Source: Bacteroidetes bacterium UBA5697
GTDB taxonomy: Bacteria > Bacteroidota > Bacteroidia > B-17B0 > Aurantibacillaceae
Assembly: GCA_002420145.1 (NCBI GenBank)
Contig: DIHL01000021.1
Location: forward strand, 13,112 to 77,111
DNA length: 64,000 bases
Direction: 5' to 3'
The notes under the pieces were generated by a model that had not been told where the DNA came from, ran no database searches, and saw nothing but the letters and a program-made list of their open reading frames with translations. A program made the translations under genes and the position numbers. Within the stretch, counting starts at the first letter, position 1. Each line of letters opens with the position of its first letter. This document shows, in pieces, positions 1 through 11,417 of this stretch.

Positions 1-850
1 GGCATGCATCATCTTTATCTGCAACACCATCTCCATCTGAATCTGGACATCCTTTAAACATTTCTACACCAGCTACGTCAGGACAAACGTCTAATTCATC
101 AATAATTCCATCTTTATCTCTATCTGGTTTTGGCGCTTCAACTATTGAAATAGCTGACAAATAATAGTAAGATCTTACGGTACCAAAACTTTTTCCACCA
201 CCAACTTTTTCTACTGAATAATTATTTGAAAAACAACCTATAACGGCAAATTTCTCATTTCCAGTTGCTTTGAACTTTGCTTTTAATTCCGTCCAAGTAT
301 TTTTGTCAGTGATTAGTTCAGAAAAAGAAACTTGAGGCGTTACAGTTAACATTTGGTTACTACCTTCTGACAACTGATTATTTGAAAAATATACACCAAA
401 TCCTTTTGTTGCAAATGCAGAGTAATCCGCTAAGCTAATCTTGAATGACATTTCGTATTCTTTTCCAGCTACTAATGCCGTTGGCATTGCTGTTTGAACA
501 TACTCTGCGTATTTATAGTTATTTGTTTTTCCCTCTACAAGCCCACCATTACCAATTGATTTCAAGTCGATATACTTATCTCCTTTGTAAGTAATGATTC
601 CAAAATAGTTATCTCCTTCAACTGCTTCCTGACTTCCCATATAATTGTTGGGAATTGAAAAGTCAGATTTACCATTTTTTCCAAATAAATCTGTGGTTCC
701 GCTATTAGGATTTGAAAAACCTGTGGCTAAATTAACTTGATTAAACCCAGTTGGAGGTAAAACTACAGTAGGTTTCAATTCCATTTTTTGTTGTGCTATA
801 CTCGCAGAAGCAAGAATGATACATCCTGAAATAAATAATTGTTTTTTCAT
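1..850 (-). CDS. OmpA-family outer-membrane protein, N-terminal ~283 codons (3' end runs off the window start)
   Basis: Hand translation of the reverse strand from ATG 848-850 stays open to position 2. It reads [21 protein letters not shown] (signal peptide) ... [39 protein letters not shown]. These are thrombospondin type-3-like Asp-rich repeats that usually precede an OmpA C-terminal domain in Bacteroidota. It is absent from the ORF track because its stop lies outside the window. Confidence 0.7.
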   Translation of the reverse strand, partial: MKKQLFISGCIILASASIAQQKMELKPTVVLPPTGFNQVNLATGFSNPNSGTTDLFGKNGKSDFSIPNNYMGSQEAVEGDNYFGIITYKGDKYIDLKSIGNGGLVEGKTNNYKYAEYVQTAMPTALVAGKEYEMSFKISLADYSAFATKGFGVYFSNNQLSEGSNQMLTVTPQVSFSELITDKNTWTELKAKFKATGNEKFAVIGCFSNNYSVEKVGGGKSFGTVRSYYYLSAISIVEAPKPDRDKDGIIDELDVCPDVAGVEMFKGCPDSDGDGVADKDDAC

Positions 851-905
851 TTTTAACTGTTGTTTGTTTATATGTTTGATTTAATTAATATTTTTTTAGT
901 AACTT

Positions 906-1700
906 TTAGTTGACAATCGTCTTTAATTTTTTTATGTTTTCATTTGATTTTGACATATAAAGCATTGCTCCCAATTTCAATAAATTGCTTGCAGTGCCTA
1001 CATCTGTTTGGCCTGAGAAGATAATTACCTTAGTATCTGGGCTAATTAACTTCACTTCTTTTAATACATCGGCCCCACTAATTGTTTCCTCAATGTTATA
1101 GTCTAAAATGACGAAGTCAGGTTTTCTTGATTTTAATTGAGCAAAAAAGTCTTTAGAATGGTTAAATGAATAAACTTCATTTAATGATTCATTTTGCAAA
1201 ACATGTTCAATTGAAAAGGCTGTATTTTTATTGTCATCTAAAACATAAACCAAATTTTTTGAACGTTTGCTGTTTTCTTTTCGTTTTACAGTATTAAAAA
1301 AACTTTGAAGCCAATTTTCATCCTCTTTTTCAAAATCTTTCTTTATAAACTCTACGATGTTTATCGGAAATAACGCGTCTTTTCTAAAATATTCGTTTGC
1401 ACCATAGATAAAGGCATCTTCGAAGGTCTTGATGTCATTTTGTGATGACGTAACAATTATTTTTGCATTTGGAATAAACTCCTTAAATAATGGAATACAA
1501 TCTATTCCATTGGTTTTTTCAAGAAAATGATCAAGGATTATATAATCTGGATTTTCGTTTACTTTTCCTAAAGCATTTTCAACTGATTTAAATGTCAATA
1601 TTTCAGAAGTTGGTAAATTTTTCGATAGTATTTCTGATAACATTTTTACAATTGAATCATTGTCTTCAACTATAAATATTTTAAGGCTTTTCGTTTTCAT
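906..1700 (-). CDS. Response regulator with two tandem receiver (REC) domains and no output domain
   Basis: Two CheY-like units are present: IFIVEDND...YIILDHFL...IIVTSS and VYVLDDNK...FVILDYNI...VIIFSG. Confidence 0.75.
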   Translation of the reverse strand: MKTKSLKIFIVEDNDSIVKMLSEILSKNLPTSEILTFKSVENALGKVNENPDYIILDHFLEKTNGIDCIPLFKEFIPNAKIIVTSSQNDIKTFEDAFIYGANEYFRKDALFPINIVEFIKKDFEKEDENWLQSFFNTVKRKENSKRSKNLVYVLDDNKNTAFSIEHVLQNESLNEVYSFNHSKDFFAQLKSRKPDFVILDYNIEETISGADVLKEVKLISPDTKVIIFSGQTDVGTASNLLKLGAMLYMSKSNENIKKLKTIVN

Positions 1701-2018
1701 GATACAATATTACATAGGTAATTTGCTGTATTTTGAGATTTTCGGTAAGCTGTTGGCTTTCTCGGATAATTGGTAAGGAAAGAAAGATAATTGGGAATGC
1801 TTTGTAGTCCTATATCACAAGGAAATACATACATATTATGGAGATTGCTCAACGTCATATGATGATAGAACCATCGTTATTAGAAACAAAATGAAATAGG
1901 AAATTCGTTTTTTACCACAAATCAAGGACCATGAGCTGGACTCACAGTTCGAGTAATTATTGTCTTAAAAGAGTTGCATTTGGATCAATGAACTCAATGC
2001 ATCCTATTTATTGAATGA

Positions 2019-5000
2019 TTATTGCAACTCTTTCGCTAAAGACGGCAGGATAGTATTAGTTGAATCAGTAACAATTTGAGAATACTCTTCAATCATTTTC
2101 ATGTCATTTCCATTTTCAATTTTGTCGCAAAGTTCCACTAATGGTTGTATCATAAATAACGCATAGCTAGCTTTAATTTTATGTGCTACTTTTCTCGATT
2201 CTGAAATATTACCTTCTTGTACTGCAGTGGTCAACTTTTTTAAGTCTTCAGGTATCCCTGTTAAAAATATTTTAATCATTTCTTTAACAAACTCCGCATC
2301 ACCGCCAGATAATTCATTTATATCACTTAAATCATAATCTGCTTTAACGGTAAGTGTTTTAGGAATACTAACTTCAGATAAAATAACCTCTTCTCCTGAA
2401 CAAAGCAGTTTTATTTTATCAATTAGTTCTTTTGCTTTATAAGGTTTTGAAATGTATTCGTTCATGCCTGTTTGAATACATTTTTCTTTTTCTCCAACTA
2501 AGGAATGTGCTGTCATCGCTATCATTGGGGTTGTTATTTTTAAAACGTTTCTAATAAAAGAAGTAGCCACATACCCATCCATAACAGGCATTTGAAGATC
2601 CATGAGTATAACATCGTATTTGTTATTTTTAAGCATGTCAACAGCAATTTGACCATTTGCCGCAATTTCAACAACCATATTATTTTTCTCTAAAATATGT
2701 TTCGCTAACTTTTGATTCAAATCATTATCTTCTGTTAAAAGAACTTTATAGTTTTTAGATTCACTGTTTCTTTCAATTTTTTCTAATTCAAGTTTATCTT
2801 TTGCTTCAGTAACTTCAAATGGAATGGATACAATAAATTCAGACCCAACGCCTTCTTCACTTTTAATTTCTATTTTACCATTAAATAGTTCCAATAATTT
2901 TTTGGTAATACTTAATCCGAGGCCTGTGCCACCAAATTTTCTAGTGGTATTATCATCAGCCTGTTTAAATCGTTCGAAAACGAGGTCGTATTTGTCTTTA
3001 GGAATACCTATCCCGGTATCCTTTACAATAAATTGTACTATGCAATTATTATCTGATTTATTTAGCACGTTGCAATAGAGTTCAACTTTTCCTTTCTCAG
3101 TGAATTTAATTGCATTTCCCAATAAATTAACCAGTATTTGATTTAAGCGTACACTATCACCCATAACCCATTCAGGCAAGTCATTTTCAATATAAAAATT
3201 AAAGGCTAAATTCCGTTCGTTTGCCTTGTGTATTAATAGTTTTTTAATATTATTAGTAATCTTAATAATACTGATAGGTTGGTGTTCTAAAGTCAATTTG
3301 CCTGAATCAATTTTAGAAAAATCAAGAATGTCGTTGATAATAACCATCAAATTTTCACCTGAATTACTAATAGCTGAAAGATATTCTGTCTGATCATTAT
3401 TAAGATTGGTTGTTTTTAAGATATCAGCAAAACCAAGTATAGCGTTCATTGGTGTTCTAATTTCATGACTCATGTTGGCTAAAAATTGATCTTTCGCAAA
3501 AACACTTTTTTCTGCTTGCAATTTGGCTTTCTTAAGTTCATCTTCCATTTTAACTCTTTCAGTAATATCAATGGCATTACCTATTGCAATTCTTTTATCA
3601 GTAGAGTCATCAACTAGTATGTTTTTATAATACCAAACTTTAGCATCCCCATTTTTATGAAGAACAGACATTAATCCTTCTGCCGCTCCTTTATTATATA
3701 TTTTTTCTAAGTAGTTATCAATCCGTTTCTTCAAATTAATTGGCGTTACATCATATAATGTTTTTTGAAGTAGCTCTTCTGGCGTATAACCAATCAAAGC
3801 GGCACCAGCCTTATTCATGCTTAAGAACTTTCCGGTTTCGTCATGAGTACACATAAGACCTTGAGCATTTTCGAAAAACACTCGGTGTTTTTCTTCACTA
3901 AGCTTTAGCTTATTTTGACTTTCCAAGAATTCTGTTACATCTCTTGCTATACCTAAATATCCCGTTATGTTTTTATCAGAATCAAAAAGAGTTGTTACAG
4001 ACAACTGCACCTTTATACGAATACCATCTTTCTTGATATATGTCCAGTCATTAACATCGGGCGCTCCTGTTTTTGATTTAGCAACAAACACTTCAAAACC
4101 AGGTTCAATCGTTTTATTTAATTCAGTTGATAATACTTTTGCTCTGGCTACTACCTCATCAAGATCATGGAAAATGGCAGGTGAAGATTTATGAATTAAC
4201 TCTTCTGCATTATATCCAAGTAATTCTTCAGCTCCTTTATTAAAATTTACAATAATTCCTTCAATATCTGTAGCAATTATGGCATAATCTGTTCCATTAA
4301 GAATAGCATTTTGAAATTCGGCTAAACCTCTGATTTTCTGTTCGGAAAACACCTGTTCAGTAATGTCATACGAAATGCCAATATATTGATAAGGTTTATC
4401 ACTTCCGTTCATAAAGGGAACAATCGTTGTATCAACCCAATAAAAACTCCCGTTTTTGTTTTTGTTTTTAATTTGTCCTTTCCATATATTACCTGAATTA
4501 ATGTTAGATTTTAGATTCGTTAGAAATTCATTTGAATAATAACCAGAGCTAACAATTACATGATCTTTTCCTATTAACTCTTCCCTTGAGTATTTTGAGA
4601 TTTCACAAAACTTATCATTAACGTAAGTTATTTTAAAATTATCATCTACGATAGAAACAATGGCAGACTCATCAAGTGCTTTTTGTAATTGCTTGGTTTG
4701 ATTTAAAGCAGAAATTAATTCATTTTCTTCTCTTTTTCGTTCTGTAATATCTCTTGCAATAGCATAAATACTACCAGTGGATTCATCAGGGTTGGCCAAC
4801 CAATTTAGCACTGTGTATTCTCCTGATTTTTTAATATAACGATTAACGAAATTAATGGTTTTACTACCATTCGACAGTTTTTTCACCTCCTCAATTGTTT
4901 TTTCTACATCTTCTGGATGAACAAAATCAACGAAAGGCTTTTCCAATAATTCTTTTTCTGACCAGCCTAAAACCATTGAAAAGGCAGGGTTAACACGTTT

Positions 5001-5573
5001 AAAATAACCATCTGTTCCAGTAACACAAACCAAATCAACAGAAGAATAAAATAACTGTTTATAGTCATACAAATCCTGCCTTTCTTTTCTAGCAATAATT
5101 TGCGAAACAACTTCCTGTCCTAAGATTGTTAATGCCCTCTGCTGTTCAGGATTTAATTTCTTAGGCGCTCTGTCAATAACACATAAGGTGCCTAATGCAA
5201 ACCCATTATCATCAATAAGAGGATAACCTGCATAAAATCGTATATCTGGAGCCCCAGTAACAAGTGGGTTATTTTTAAATCGATCGTCGGCAGTGGCATC
5301 ATTAATTTCAAAAATGCTATCACCCATAATGGCGAATTGACAAAAAGAAATATCTCGCGGAGTTTGCGGGGCATCTAAGCCAACCCTCGATTTAAACCAT
5401 TGTCTATCAGAGTCTATAAGGCTAACTAATGCTATGGGCACTCCGCAAATAACGGATGCTAATTCAGTTAAGCGATCAAATTCTTTTTCATTGAGTGTAT
5501 CAAGAATATTATAGCTCTTTAGAGCTTTTAATCGTTCAATCTCATTATCTGGTGTTGGGGTAAGGCTTGCCAT
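2019..5573 (-). CDS. Hybrid sensor histidine kinase (GAF, multiple PAS, HisKA, HATPase_c, REC, HPt)
   Basis: Contains an N-terminal GAF-like region and repeated PAS/PAC units. The H-box is FLANMSHEIRTPMNAILGF and the ATPase G-box is GTGLGLSI. The receiver reads VLLTEDND...ILMDLQMPVMDG and the C-terminal HPt reads AHKIKASYALF. Confidence 0.9.
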   Translation of the reverse strand: MASLTPTPDNEIERLKALKSYNILDTLNEKEFDRLTELASVICGVPIALVSLIDSDRQWFKSRVGLDAPQTPRDISFCQFAIMGDSIFEINDATADDRFKNNPLVTGAPDIRFYAGYPLIDDNGFALGTLCVIDRAPKKLNPEQQRALTILGQEVVSQIIARKERQDLYDYKQLFYSSVDLVCVTGTDGYFKRVNPAFSMVLGWSEKELLEKPFVDFVHPEDVEKTIEEVKKLSNGSKTINFVNRYIKKSGEYTVLNWLANPDESTGSIYAIARDITERKREENELISALNQTKQLQKALDESAIVSIVDDNFKITYVNDKFCEISKYSREELIGKDHVIVSSGYYSNEFLTNLKSNINSGNIWKGQIKNKNKNGSFYWVDTTIVPFMNGSDKPYQYIGISYDITEQVFSEQKIRGLAEFQNAILNGTDYAIIATDIEGIIVNFNKGAEELLGYNAEELIHKSSPAIFHDLDEVVARAKVLSTELNKTIEPGFEVFVAKSKTGAPDVNDWTYIKKDGIRIKVQLSVTTLFDSDKNITGYLGIARDVTEFLESQNKLKLSEEKHRVFFENAQGLMCTHDETGKFLSMNKAGAALIGYTPEELLQKTLYDVTPINLKKRIDNYLEKIYNKGAAEGLMSVLHKNGDAKVWYYKNILVDDSTDKRIAIGNAIDITERVKMEDELKKAKLQAEKSVFAKDQFLANMSHEIRTPMNAILGFADILKTTNLNNDQTEYLSAISNSGENLMVIINDILDFSKIDSGKLTLEHQPISIIKITNNIKKLLIHKANERNLAFNFYIENDLPEWVMGDSVRLNQILVNLLGNAIKFTEKGKVELYCNVLNKSDNNCIVQFIVKDTGIGIPKDKYDLVFERFKQADDNTTRKFGGTGLGLSITKKLLELFNGKIEIKSEEGVGSEFIVSIPFEVTEAKDKLELEKIERNSESKNYKVLLTEDNDLNQKLAKHILEKNNMVVEIAANGQIAVDMLKNNKYDVILMDLQMPVMDGYVATSFIRNVLKITTPMIAMTAHSLVGEKEKCIQTGMNEYISKPYKAKELIDKIKLLCSGEEVILSEVSIPKTLTVKADYDLSDINELSGGDAEFVKEMIKIFLTGIPEDLKKLTTAVQEGNISESRKVAHKIKASYALFMIQPLVELCDKIENGNDMKMIEEYSQIVTDSTNTILPSLAKELQ

Positions 5574-5673
5574 TAAACTGCTTTATTACAATATTATTGA
5601 TTTATCAAAGGTTTCTGAAAAGTTATCGATGATTGGTAAAAATTAGTCGATAAGCTGTAAAATATAAATTACG

Positions 5674-6354
5674 CTATAGTAGATTTAGCTTTTTAAGAAA
5701 ATTGTCTTTATTAGACCTACTAACAGGAAGTAGTTTTCCCTCAATAGAAATTGTATTTTCCTCTATTTCTCTGATTTTATCGAGGCGAACGATGTAAGAT
5801 CGATGAATTCTCATGAAATCTTTTGATGGTAAGTTGCTTTCAACAGCCTTCATCGTAGATAGAATTGTATACCGTTTGCTAGTTGTAAAAATATTTACAT
5901 AGTCTGCAAGCGCTTCCACATAATTCACATCCTTATATTGTATTTGCACCATCTTAGATTCCTGTTTTATATAAAAAAAGTCTTTATTAGATGATTTCAA
6001 GTTTTCAGCAATATTCTCTACTTTTAAAACGGCCTTTTGAAATCGTTCAAACGACACTGGTTTTACAATATAATCCACAACGTCAAAATTAAAAGCCTCA
6101 GCCGCATATTCAGATTTAGAAGAAATAATGACAACATACGGAACATGGTCTAATTTTTTGATAAGATCAAGGCCATTTAAGCCTTCCATTTCCATATCTA
6201 AAAACAATACATCGCAGGAGTTTGTTTTTAAAAAGTCATAAGCTTTTTCGGGGTCACAAAATTCAGCAAGTAAATCTATGGAATTATGTCGTTCAAGGCA
6301 TTTTTTAACGGCCGTAAGCGCCAATATATCGTCATCAATTATTATGCAATTCAT
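5674..6354 (-). CDS. LytR/AlgR-family response regulator (REC + LytTR DNA-binding domain)
   Basis: Receiver reads IIIDDDIL...LFLDMEMEGLNG. C-terminal LytTR motif reads FMRIHRSYIVRLDKI. Confidence 0.85.
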   Translation of the reverse strand: MNCIIIDDDILALTAVKKCLERHNSIDLLAEFCDPEKAYDFLKTNSCDVLFLDMEMEGLNGLDLIKKLDHVPYVVIISSKSEYAAEAFNFDVVDYIVKPVSFERFQKAVLKVENIAENLKSSNKDFFYIKQESKMVQIQYKDVNYVEALADYVNIFTTSKRYTILSTMKAVESNLPSKDFMRIHRSYIVRLDKIREIEENTISIEGKLLPVSRSNKDNFLKKLNLL

Positions 6355-6466
6355 TGTTTTCTGTTTAAAGCGTTAAGTTATAAAAAAAAACTTACTAAGA
6401 CAAAAATGCACAGAAAAATAACTAAATTCGTTTACAAAACACTTAATAAAATATAGCTTAAATTAA

Positions 6467-7525
6467 ATGGACAAACCTTTTTCAGACTTAAAAGTAATTG
6501 AACTCGCTGGTGTTTTAGCAGGACCAGCAGCTGGTTTATTTTTTGCTGAATTAGGTGCAACTGTCATTAAAATTGAGAATCCAAAAACGGGTGGCGATGT
6601 TACTCGTTCTTGGAAATTAAAAACAGAAAATAAAACAGATAATACAAGTGCCTATTTTTGGAGCGTCAATACTGGTAAAGAAATTTTGTTTTTAGATTTA
6701 TCTATTGACAAAGATTTACAATCGTTTTACGAATTAATTAAAACAGCGGATATTTTAATTACTAATTACAAATTAGGCGATGATCTAAAATTAAAAGTAG
6801 ATTACAATACATTAAAAACTTTAAACCCAACTTTAATTTACGCATCCATTAATGGATTTGGGAACACTAGCCCACGCACCGCTTATGATTTAATCTTACA
6901 AGCCGAAAGTGGATTTATGTTTATGAATGGAGAAAAGAACGCAGCTCCATTAAAAATGCCAGTAGCCTTAATTGATATATTGGCTGGGCATCAACTTAAA
7001 GAAGCTATTTTAATTGCCCTATTAAATAAATACAAAACCAATAAAGGCTCACATATTACTGTTTCGTTATTTGATACCGCTATTGCGTCATTAGCTAACC
7101 AAGCAACCAATTGGTTAATAGCGCATCATTTGCCAACTGCTCAAGGCTCTTTGCATCCAAACATTGCTCCCTATGGCGAAATATTTTCAACTAAGGATTA
7201 TCACCAAATTACCTTTGCTATTGGAAGCGATAAGCAATTCAAACATCTGTGTGAGATTTTGAATCTTGATTTATTTTCTCATCCAGATTTTGAAAGTAAT
7301 CAGCTGCGAGTTACAAATAGAGTTGAGTTATTTTCTAAACTTAATCATTGTATTCAATTATTAAACTTCGATGCTTTATTTAATGAATGCATCAAACACG
7401 ATATTCCAATTGGTAAGATTAGAAATCTAAAAGAAGTATTTGAATTACCTGAAGCGCAAACAATGCTAAATACATTTTCAAATATTCAATCTGTTAAATC
7501 AATCAGTTTTAAATTCGAGGAATAA
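6467..7525 (+). CDS. Family III CoA-transferase (CaiB/BaiF-like)
   Basis: The N-terminus DLKVIELAGVLAGPAAGLFFAELGATVIKIENP is typical of CoA_transf_3 proteins. Length is 352 aa. Confidence 0.75.
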   Translation: MDKPFSDLKVIELAGVLAGPAAGLFFAELGATVIKIENPKTGGDVTRSWKLKTENKTDNTSAYFWSVNTGKEILFLDLSIDKDLQSFYELIKTADILITNYKLGDDLKLKVDYNTLKTLNPTLIYASINGFGNTSPRTAYDLILQAESGFMFMNGEKNAAPLKMPVALIDILAGHQLKEAILIALLNKYKTNKGSHITVSLFDTAIASLANQATNWLIAHHLPTAQGSLHPNIAPYGEIFSTKDYHQITFAIGSDKQFKHLCEILNLDLFSHPDFESNQLRVTNRVELFSKLNHCIQLLNFDALFNECIKHDIPIGKIRNLKEVFELPEAQTMLNTFSNIQSVKSISFKFEE

Positions 7526-7619
7526 TCCTATTTATTTTTGAATAAATACCTCTAAATGTCAATATCATTTGATAGTATTTATTTGAGATTATTTGTAAAC
7601 TTGTTACATAATTAACACT

Positions 7620-8261
7620 ATGTCTAGATTTAACATTTGTATACTATTTATTATTTTTTTTGTTTTCAATTCAAAAGCACAATACAAAGACACCATTTTA
7701 TTGATGAATGGTAATTATGTGGTGGAGAAAGTAATTGACACCTTAATTGGTGCTGTAACTATTGTAAATCCAGAAAAAACAACTGAAAAGCTACATTATG
7801 AATATGATGATATTTATTGTGTAAAATATGCTTCAGGTTTTACAGATTATTATTATACACAAGATACTTTAAGAGGAAATTATTTTACTCGCGACGAAAT
7901 GCAATACTATATTTACGGCGAAAGAGATGCTCGTAAAGGATTTAAAGCACGAGGTTCATTAATTGGAGCTGGTGTTGTAGGATTAGCAAGTGGAGGATTA
8001 GGTTTATTTTTTGCCCCTGTATTTCCTTATGGATATATGGCACTAAGTGGTATTCCTAAAGTAAGAATCAAACATAGCACCATCAGTAATCCAAATTATA
8101 TTGACCATGATGCCTATATTTTAGGATACGAAAGGGTTTCCAGAAGTAAAAGAAAGATTCAAGCTTTAATTGGCGGAACCATTGGCTTAGCAGCTGGATA
8201 TGGTTTATATTTTGGTTTATTAAAAGATAAATTACCATCAACAATTACTTTCAGATTTTAA
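7620..8261 (+). CDS. Hypothetical membrane protein (signal peptide, two Gly-rich hydrophobic segments)
   Basis: Long ORF with an N-terminal hydrophobic leader and [16 protein letters not shown] / [16 protein letters not shown] segments. No recognisable family. Confidence 0.5.
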   Translation: MSRFNICILFIIFFVFNSKAQYKDTILLMNGNYVVEKVIDTLIGAVTIVNPEKTTEKLHYEYDDIYCVKYASGFTDYYYTQDTLRGNYFTRDEMQYYIYGERDARKGFKARGSLIGAGVVGLASGGLGLFFAPVFPYGYMALSGIPKVRIKHSTISNPNYIDHDAYILGYERVSRSKRKIQALIGGTIGLAAGYGLYFGLLKDKLPSTITFRF

Positions 8262-8274
8262 ATATTTACAACTC

Positions 8275-9447
8275 ATGAAGCGTCATAAAATTTTACTATT
8301 AGGTTCTGGTGAATTAGGAAAAGAAGTTACAATTGCTTTACAAAGATTAGGTCAATATGTTGTAGCTGTAGATTCATACAAAGATGCGCCTGCTATGCAA
8401 GTTGCTCATGAGTTTGAGGTCATTAATATGCTAGATGGAGATGCTTTAGATGCCGTAGTTGCAAAACATAATCCAGATTTAATAGTTCCGGAAATTGAAG
8501 CCATCAGAACAGAACGTTTTTATGATTATGAAAAACAAGGAATAACTGTTGTCCCAAGTGCTAAAGCTGCTAACTTCACCATGAATCGTAAAGCTATTAG
8601 AGATTTAGCAAGTAAAGAATTAGGCTTAAGAACGGCTAATTATTTATACGCAACCACTTTAGAAGATTTTAAAAAAGCAGTTGCTGTTATTGGAATTCCA
8701 TGTGTGGTAAAACCTTTAATGAGTAGCAGCGGAAAAGGACAAAGTATTATAAAAACAGAACAAGACGTTGAAAAATCTTGGAACTATGCTATGGAAGGTT
8801 CTCGTGGCGATTATAAAGAAGTGATTGTAGAAGAGTTTATAAAATTTAATTCTGAAATCACTTTATTAACCGTTACTCAAAAAAATGGTCATACTTTATT
8901 TTGCCCGCCAATTGGCCACCGACAAGAACGCGGTGATTATCAAGAAAGTTGGCAACCTTGTGCTGTAAGTGATACTGATTTAAAAGAAGCGCAAGATATG
9001 GCAGCTAAGGTAACCAAAGCATTAAGCGGTGCTGGTTTATGGGGTGTTGAATTTTTCTTAACAGATAAAGGCATTTATTTTTCTGAATTATCTCCTCGTC
9101 CACATGATACAGGAATGGTGACATTAGCAAATACACAAAATTTAAGCGAATTTGAATTGCATGCTCGTGCAATTATTGGCTTTCCTATTCCTCAAATACA
9201 ATTACAACAACATGGCGCATCTGCTGTTTTATTAGCGAGTGCAGAAAGTACATCCTATCATTTTACTGGAGTAACCGACGTTTTAAGTAATCCTAATACA
9301 GATGTTCGTTTGTTTGGAAAGCCTACTACTCGTCCGTATAGAAGAATGGGAGTTGTATTAACATATGATAATTTACAATCAGATGTAAATGCCGTGAAAC
9401 AAAGAGCTATAGATTTATCAAAACAAATTTCAATCATTAACAACTAA
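8275..9447 (+). CDS. purT: Formate-dependent phosphoribosylglycinamide formyltransferase (GAR transformylase 2)
   Basis: 390 aa ATP-grasp protein. It starts [14 protein letters not shown], and [10 protein letters not shown] and the overall sequence match my memory of PurT. Confidence 0.88.
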   Translation: MKRHKILLLGSGELGKEVTIALQRLGQYVVAVDSYKDAPAMQVAHEFEVINMLDGDALDAVVAKHNPDLIVPEIEAIRTERFYDYEKQGITVVPSAKAANFTMNRKAIRDLASKELGLRTANYLYATTLEDFKKAVAVIGIPCVVKPLMSSSGKGQSIIKTEQDVEKSWNYAMEGSRGDYKEVIVEEFIKFNSEITLLTVTQKNGHTLFCPPIGHRQERGDYQESWQPCAVSDTDLKEAQDMAAKVTKALSGAGLWGVEFFLTDKGIYFSELSPRPHDTGMVTLANTQNLSEFELHARAIIGFPIPQIQLQQHGASAVLLASAESTSYHFTGVTDVLSNPNTDVRLFGKPTTRPYRRMGVVLTYDNLQSDVNAVKQRAIDLSKQISIINN

Positions 9448-9992
9448 TGAAATTAAATTTTCTCATAGCTTTTGTATTACTGAACCTCAATTTATTTTCT
9501 CAACAAATAAACTTTGCTGACCATTTAAAAAAAACAGCCATTGCAAAATTACAAAGTGGCGATTCTCTGGTTTATTACCAGTGCCATGTAGATAGTGCTA
9601 GTCAAGAAATTACAACATCTAACGGTAAAAAAATAAAAACAAAAAAGAAACGAATTACCTTAACGGAAAAGTTTGTGATTTACAAAACAGATACAGTCTA
9701 TCATTGCAAATATTACAACTCATCCATCACAAACTATCCTAACAAAAAATTTCCTTATTTAACTTTAAAAGAAGTTGCTAATTGGGAATTTGAATTAAAA
9801 GAACAAAAACAATTAACTCATACCGAAATATTGATGTTTGCCTTGTTAGAAACAAAGACTCACGCTATTACTCATTACGAACTAAACATAAATAAAACTT
9901 GTCCTAACGAAATTATTATAAAAGGCAAACATATCAATGAGCAATTTATTGTTGAGGGAAATTATATCCTCAGTAAATCATTAAACTATTAA
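9447..9992 (+). CDS. Hypothetical secreted protein
   Basis: 181-aa ORF with a signal-like N-terminus. Its start overlaps the purT stop (TAATG). Confidence 0.5.
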   Translation: MKLNFLIAFVLLNLNLFSQQINFADHLKKTAIAKLQSGDSLVYYQCHVDSASQEITTSNGKKIKTKKKRITLTEKFVIYKTDTVYHCKYYNSSITNYPNKKFPYLTLKEVANWEFELKEQKQLTHTEILMFALLETKTHAITHYELNINKTCPNEIIIKGKHINEQFIVEGNYILSKSLNY

Positions 9993-10051
9993 AGCATAAC
10001 TGTTTGCCCTTCATTATTATTTATTAAAAAAATCATTCTATTTATTTTTAT

Positions 10052-10084
10052 AAAAAAAGCCTTTGCAAATGCAAAGGCTTTTCT
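10052..10084. terminator. Bidirectional rho-independent terminator between convergent genes
   Basis: The sequence aaaaaagcctttgcaaatgcaaaggctttt forms a 10-bp stem flanked by an A-run and a T-run. Confidence 0.75.
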
Positions 10085-10105
10085 AAAACTTAATAATACA
10101 GCTAA

Positions 10106-11182
10106 TTAGATAGCATCAAAATCCACTACTAATTTTTCTGTTAATGGATGTGCTTGACAAGTTAAAATAAAACCATCTTCAACTTCTGCTTCTGTTAATG
10201 CAAAGTTATTATCCATCTTCGCTTTTCCTTCAATAACTTTAGCACGGCAAGTACAACATACAGCTCCTTTGCAACTAAATGGAGCATCTACGCCAGCCTC
10301 AATAGCAGCATCTAAAATAGTTAAACCACCTGTGTTTAATTTCATGGTTGTTTCAATACCGTATTGAATAACCGTTATCTCACTATTTACATCTGCACCA
10401 GTAGGCTCATTGCTAGAAACTTTATTAACCGCATCAACTACAGCACTAAAATATTCGATATGAATTTTTTCATGAGCAATTTTTAAAGTTTCTAATGCTT
10501 GTTTAATATTTTCCATCATTGGTCCTGGACCGCAAATAAAATATTCGTCTGCATTTACACCGCCATAATTTTCTATAATAGCTTTTACTTTGTCAATCGT
10601 TAACAATCCTTTTTGTAAATCACTCACTTGAGTTTTAGGATTATCATAAACATTTAATACTTTTAATTTATCAGAATAATCAGTCGCTAATTTTTCTAAT
10701 TCAGCTTTAAAAATCACAGAATCTTCATCTCTATTAGCATACACTAAAGTAATATGACTTTGTTTCTCAATATATAATACACTTTTTAAAATACTCATCA
10801 TCGGAGTAATACCACTTCCACCTGCAAATAACACATAATGTTTTTTGTTATTTCCAGATAAAATTGAACTAAAGTTTCCCATTGGAGTCATTACCTCAAC
10901 AGTATCACCAGCTTTCCAGCTACGGTTAATTAATGTAGAGGCGCGTCCGTCTTGTACTTCTTTTACGGCAACACGTAATTCTTTTTCGCTATATGGGCTA
11001 GTGCAAATACTATATGAACGACGAATTTCTTCTCCGTTTACATTTAACTTGATGGTTATATATTGTCCTTGTTTAAATTGATATTCGTGTTGAATTGCTA
11101 AAGGAACGTCAAAAGCCACTGATACGGCATCAGCTGTTTCTCTTCGAACATCTTTAACTTTTAAGGTATGAAATCTTGCCAT
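10106..11182 (-). CDS. paaE: Phenylacetate-CoA oxygenase reductase subunit (FNR-like + plant-type 2Fe-2S ferredoxin)
   Basis: 358 aa counted from MARFHTLKV. It has FAD/NAD-binding motifs (RSYSIC, GGSGITP) and a C-terminal CxxxxCxxC...C ferredoxin. It is divergent from paaA. I prefer the internal ATG at 11182 over the track start at 11203. Confidence 0.85.
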   Translation of the reverse strand: MARFHTLKVKDVRRETADAVSVAFDVPLAIQHEYQFKQGQYITIKLNVNGEEIRRSYSICTSPYSEKELRVAVKEVQDGRASTLINRSWKAGDTVEVMTPMGNFSSILSGNNKKHYVLFAGGSGITPMMSILKSVLYIEKQSHITLVYANRDEDSVIFKAELEKLATDYSDKLKVLNVYDNPKTQVSDLQKGLLTIDKVKAIIENYGGVNADEYFICGPGPMMENIKQALETLKIAHEKIHIEYFSAVVDAVNKVSSNEPTGADVNSEITVIQYGIETTMKLNTGGLTILDAAIEAGVDAPFSCKGAVCCTCRAKVIEGKAKMDNNFALTEAEVEDGFILTCQAHPLTEKLVVDFDAI

Positions 11183-11384
11183 TTTTTTGTTTTTAGGTTG
11201 CAAAAATAGATATAAAAAACAAATATATTAGAAAGAGCCTAAAAATTAGCATTTTATCCTTCAATCTCATATAAATCATTGGGTTAATAAGATTTTAGAA
11301 ACATAATTAAACTTCACATGATTTTAGCTGTTTAAATGGTATTAATTTGCTCATAAAAGGTTTGAAAAAAACGCAGCAATAGCT

Positions 11385-11392
11385 TATATTTG
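11385..11392 (+). promoter_or_regulatory. Bacteroidota sigma-A -7 box (TAtaTTTG) upstream of paaA
   Basis: Exact TAnnTTTG match 26 nt upstream of the paaA ATG. Confidence 0.45.
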
Positions 11393-11417
11393 TATAATTC
11401 GTAAACTAAATAACAAA

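Noticed and set aside
2824-4194. Plus-strand ORFs 2824-3078 and 3967-4194, and similar short ORFs antisense to long genes (10845-11081, 13310-13568, 16939-17121, 18494-19161, 43200-43873, 51061-51360)
   Set aside because: All are embedded antisense or out of frame within well-supported longer genes and lack recognisable motifs.
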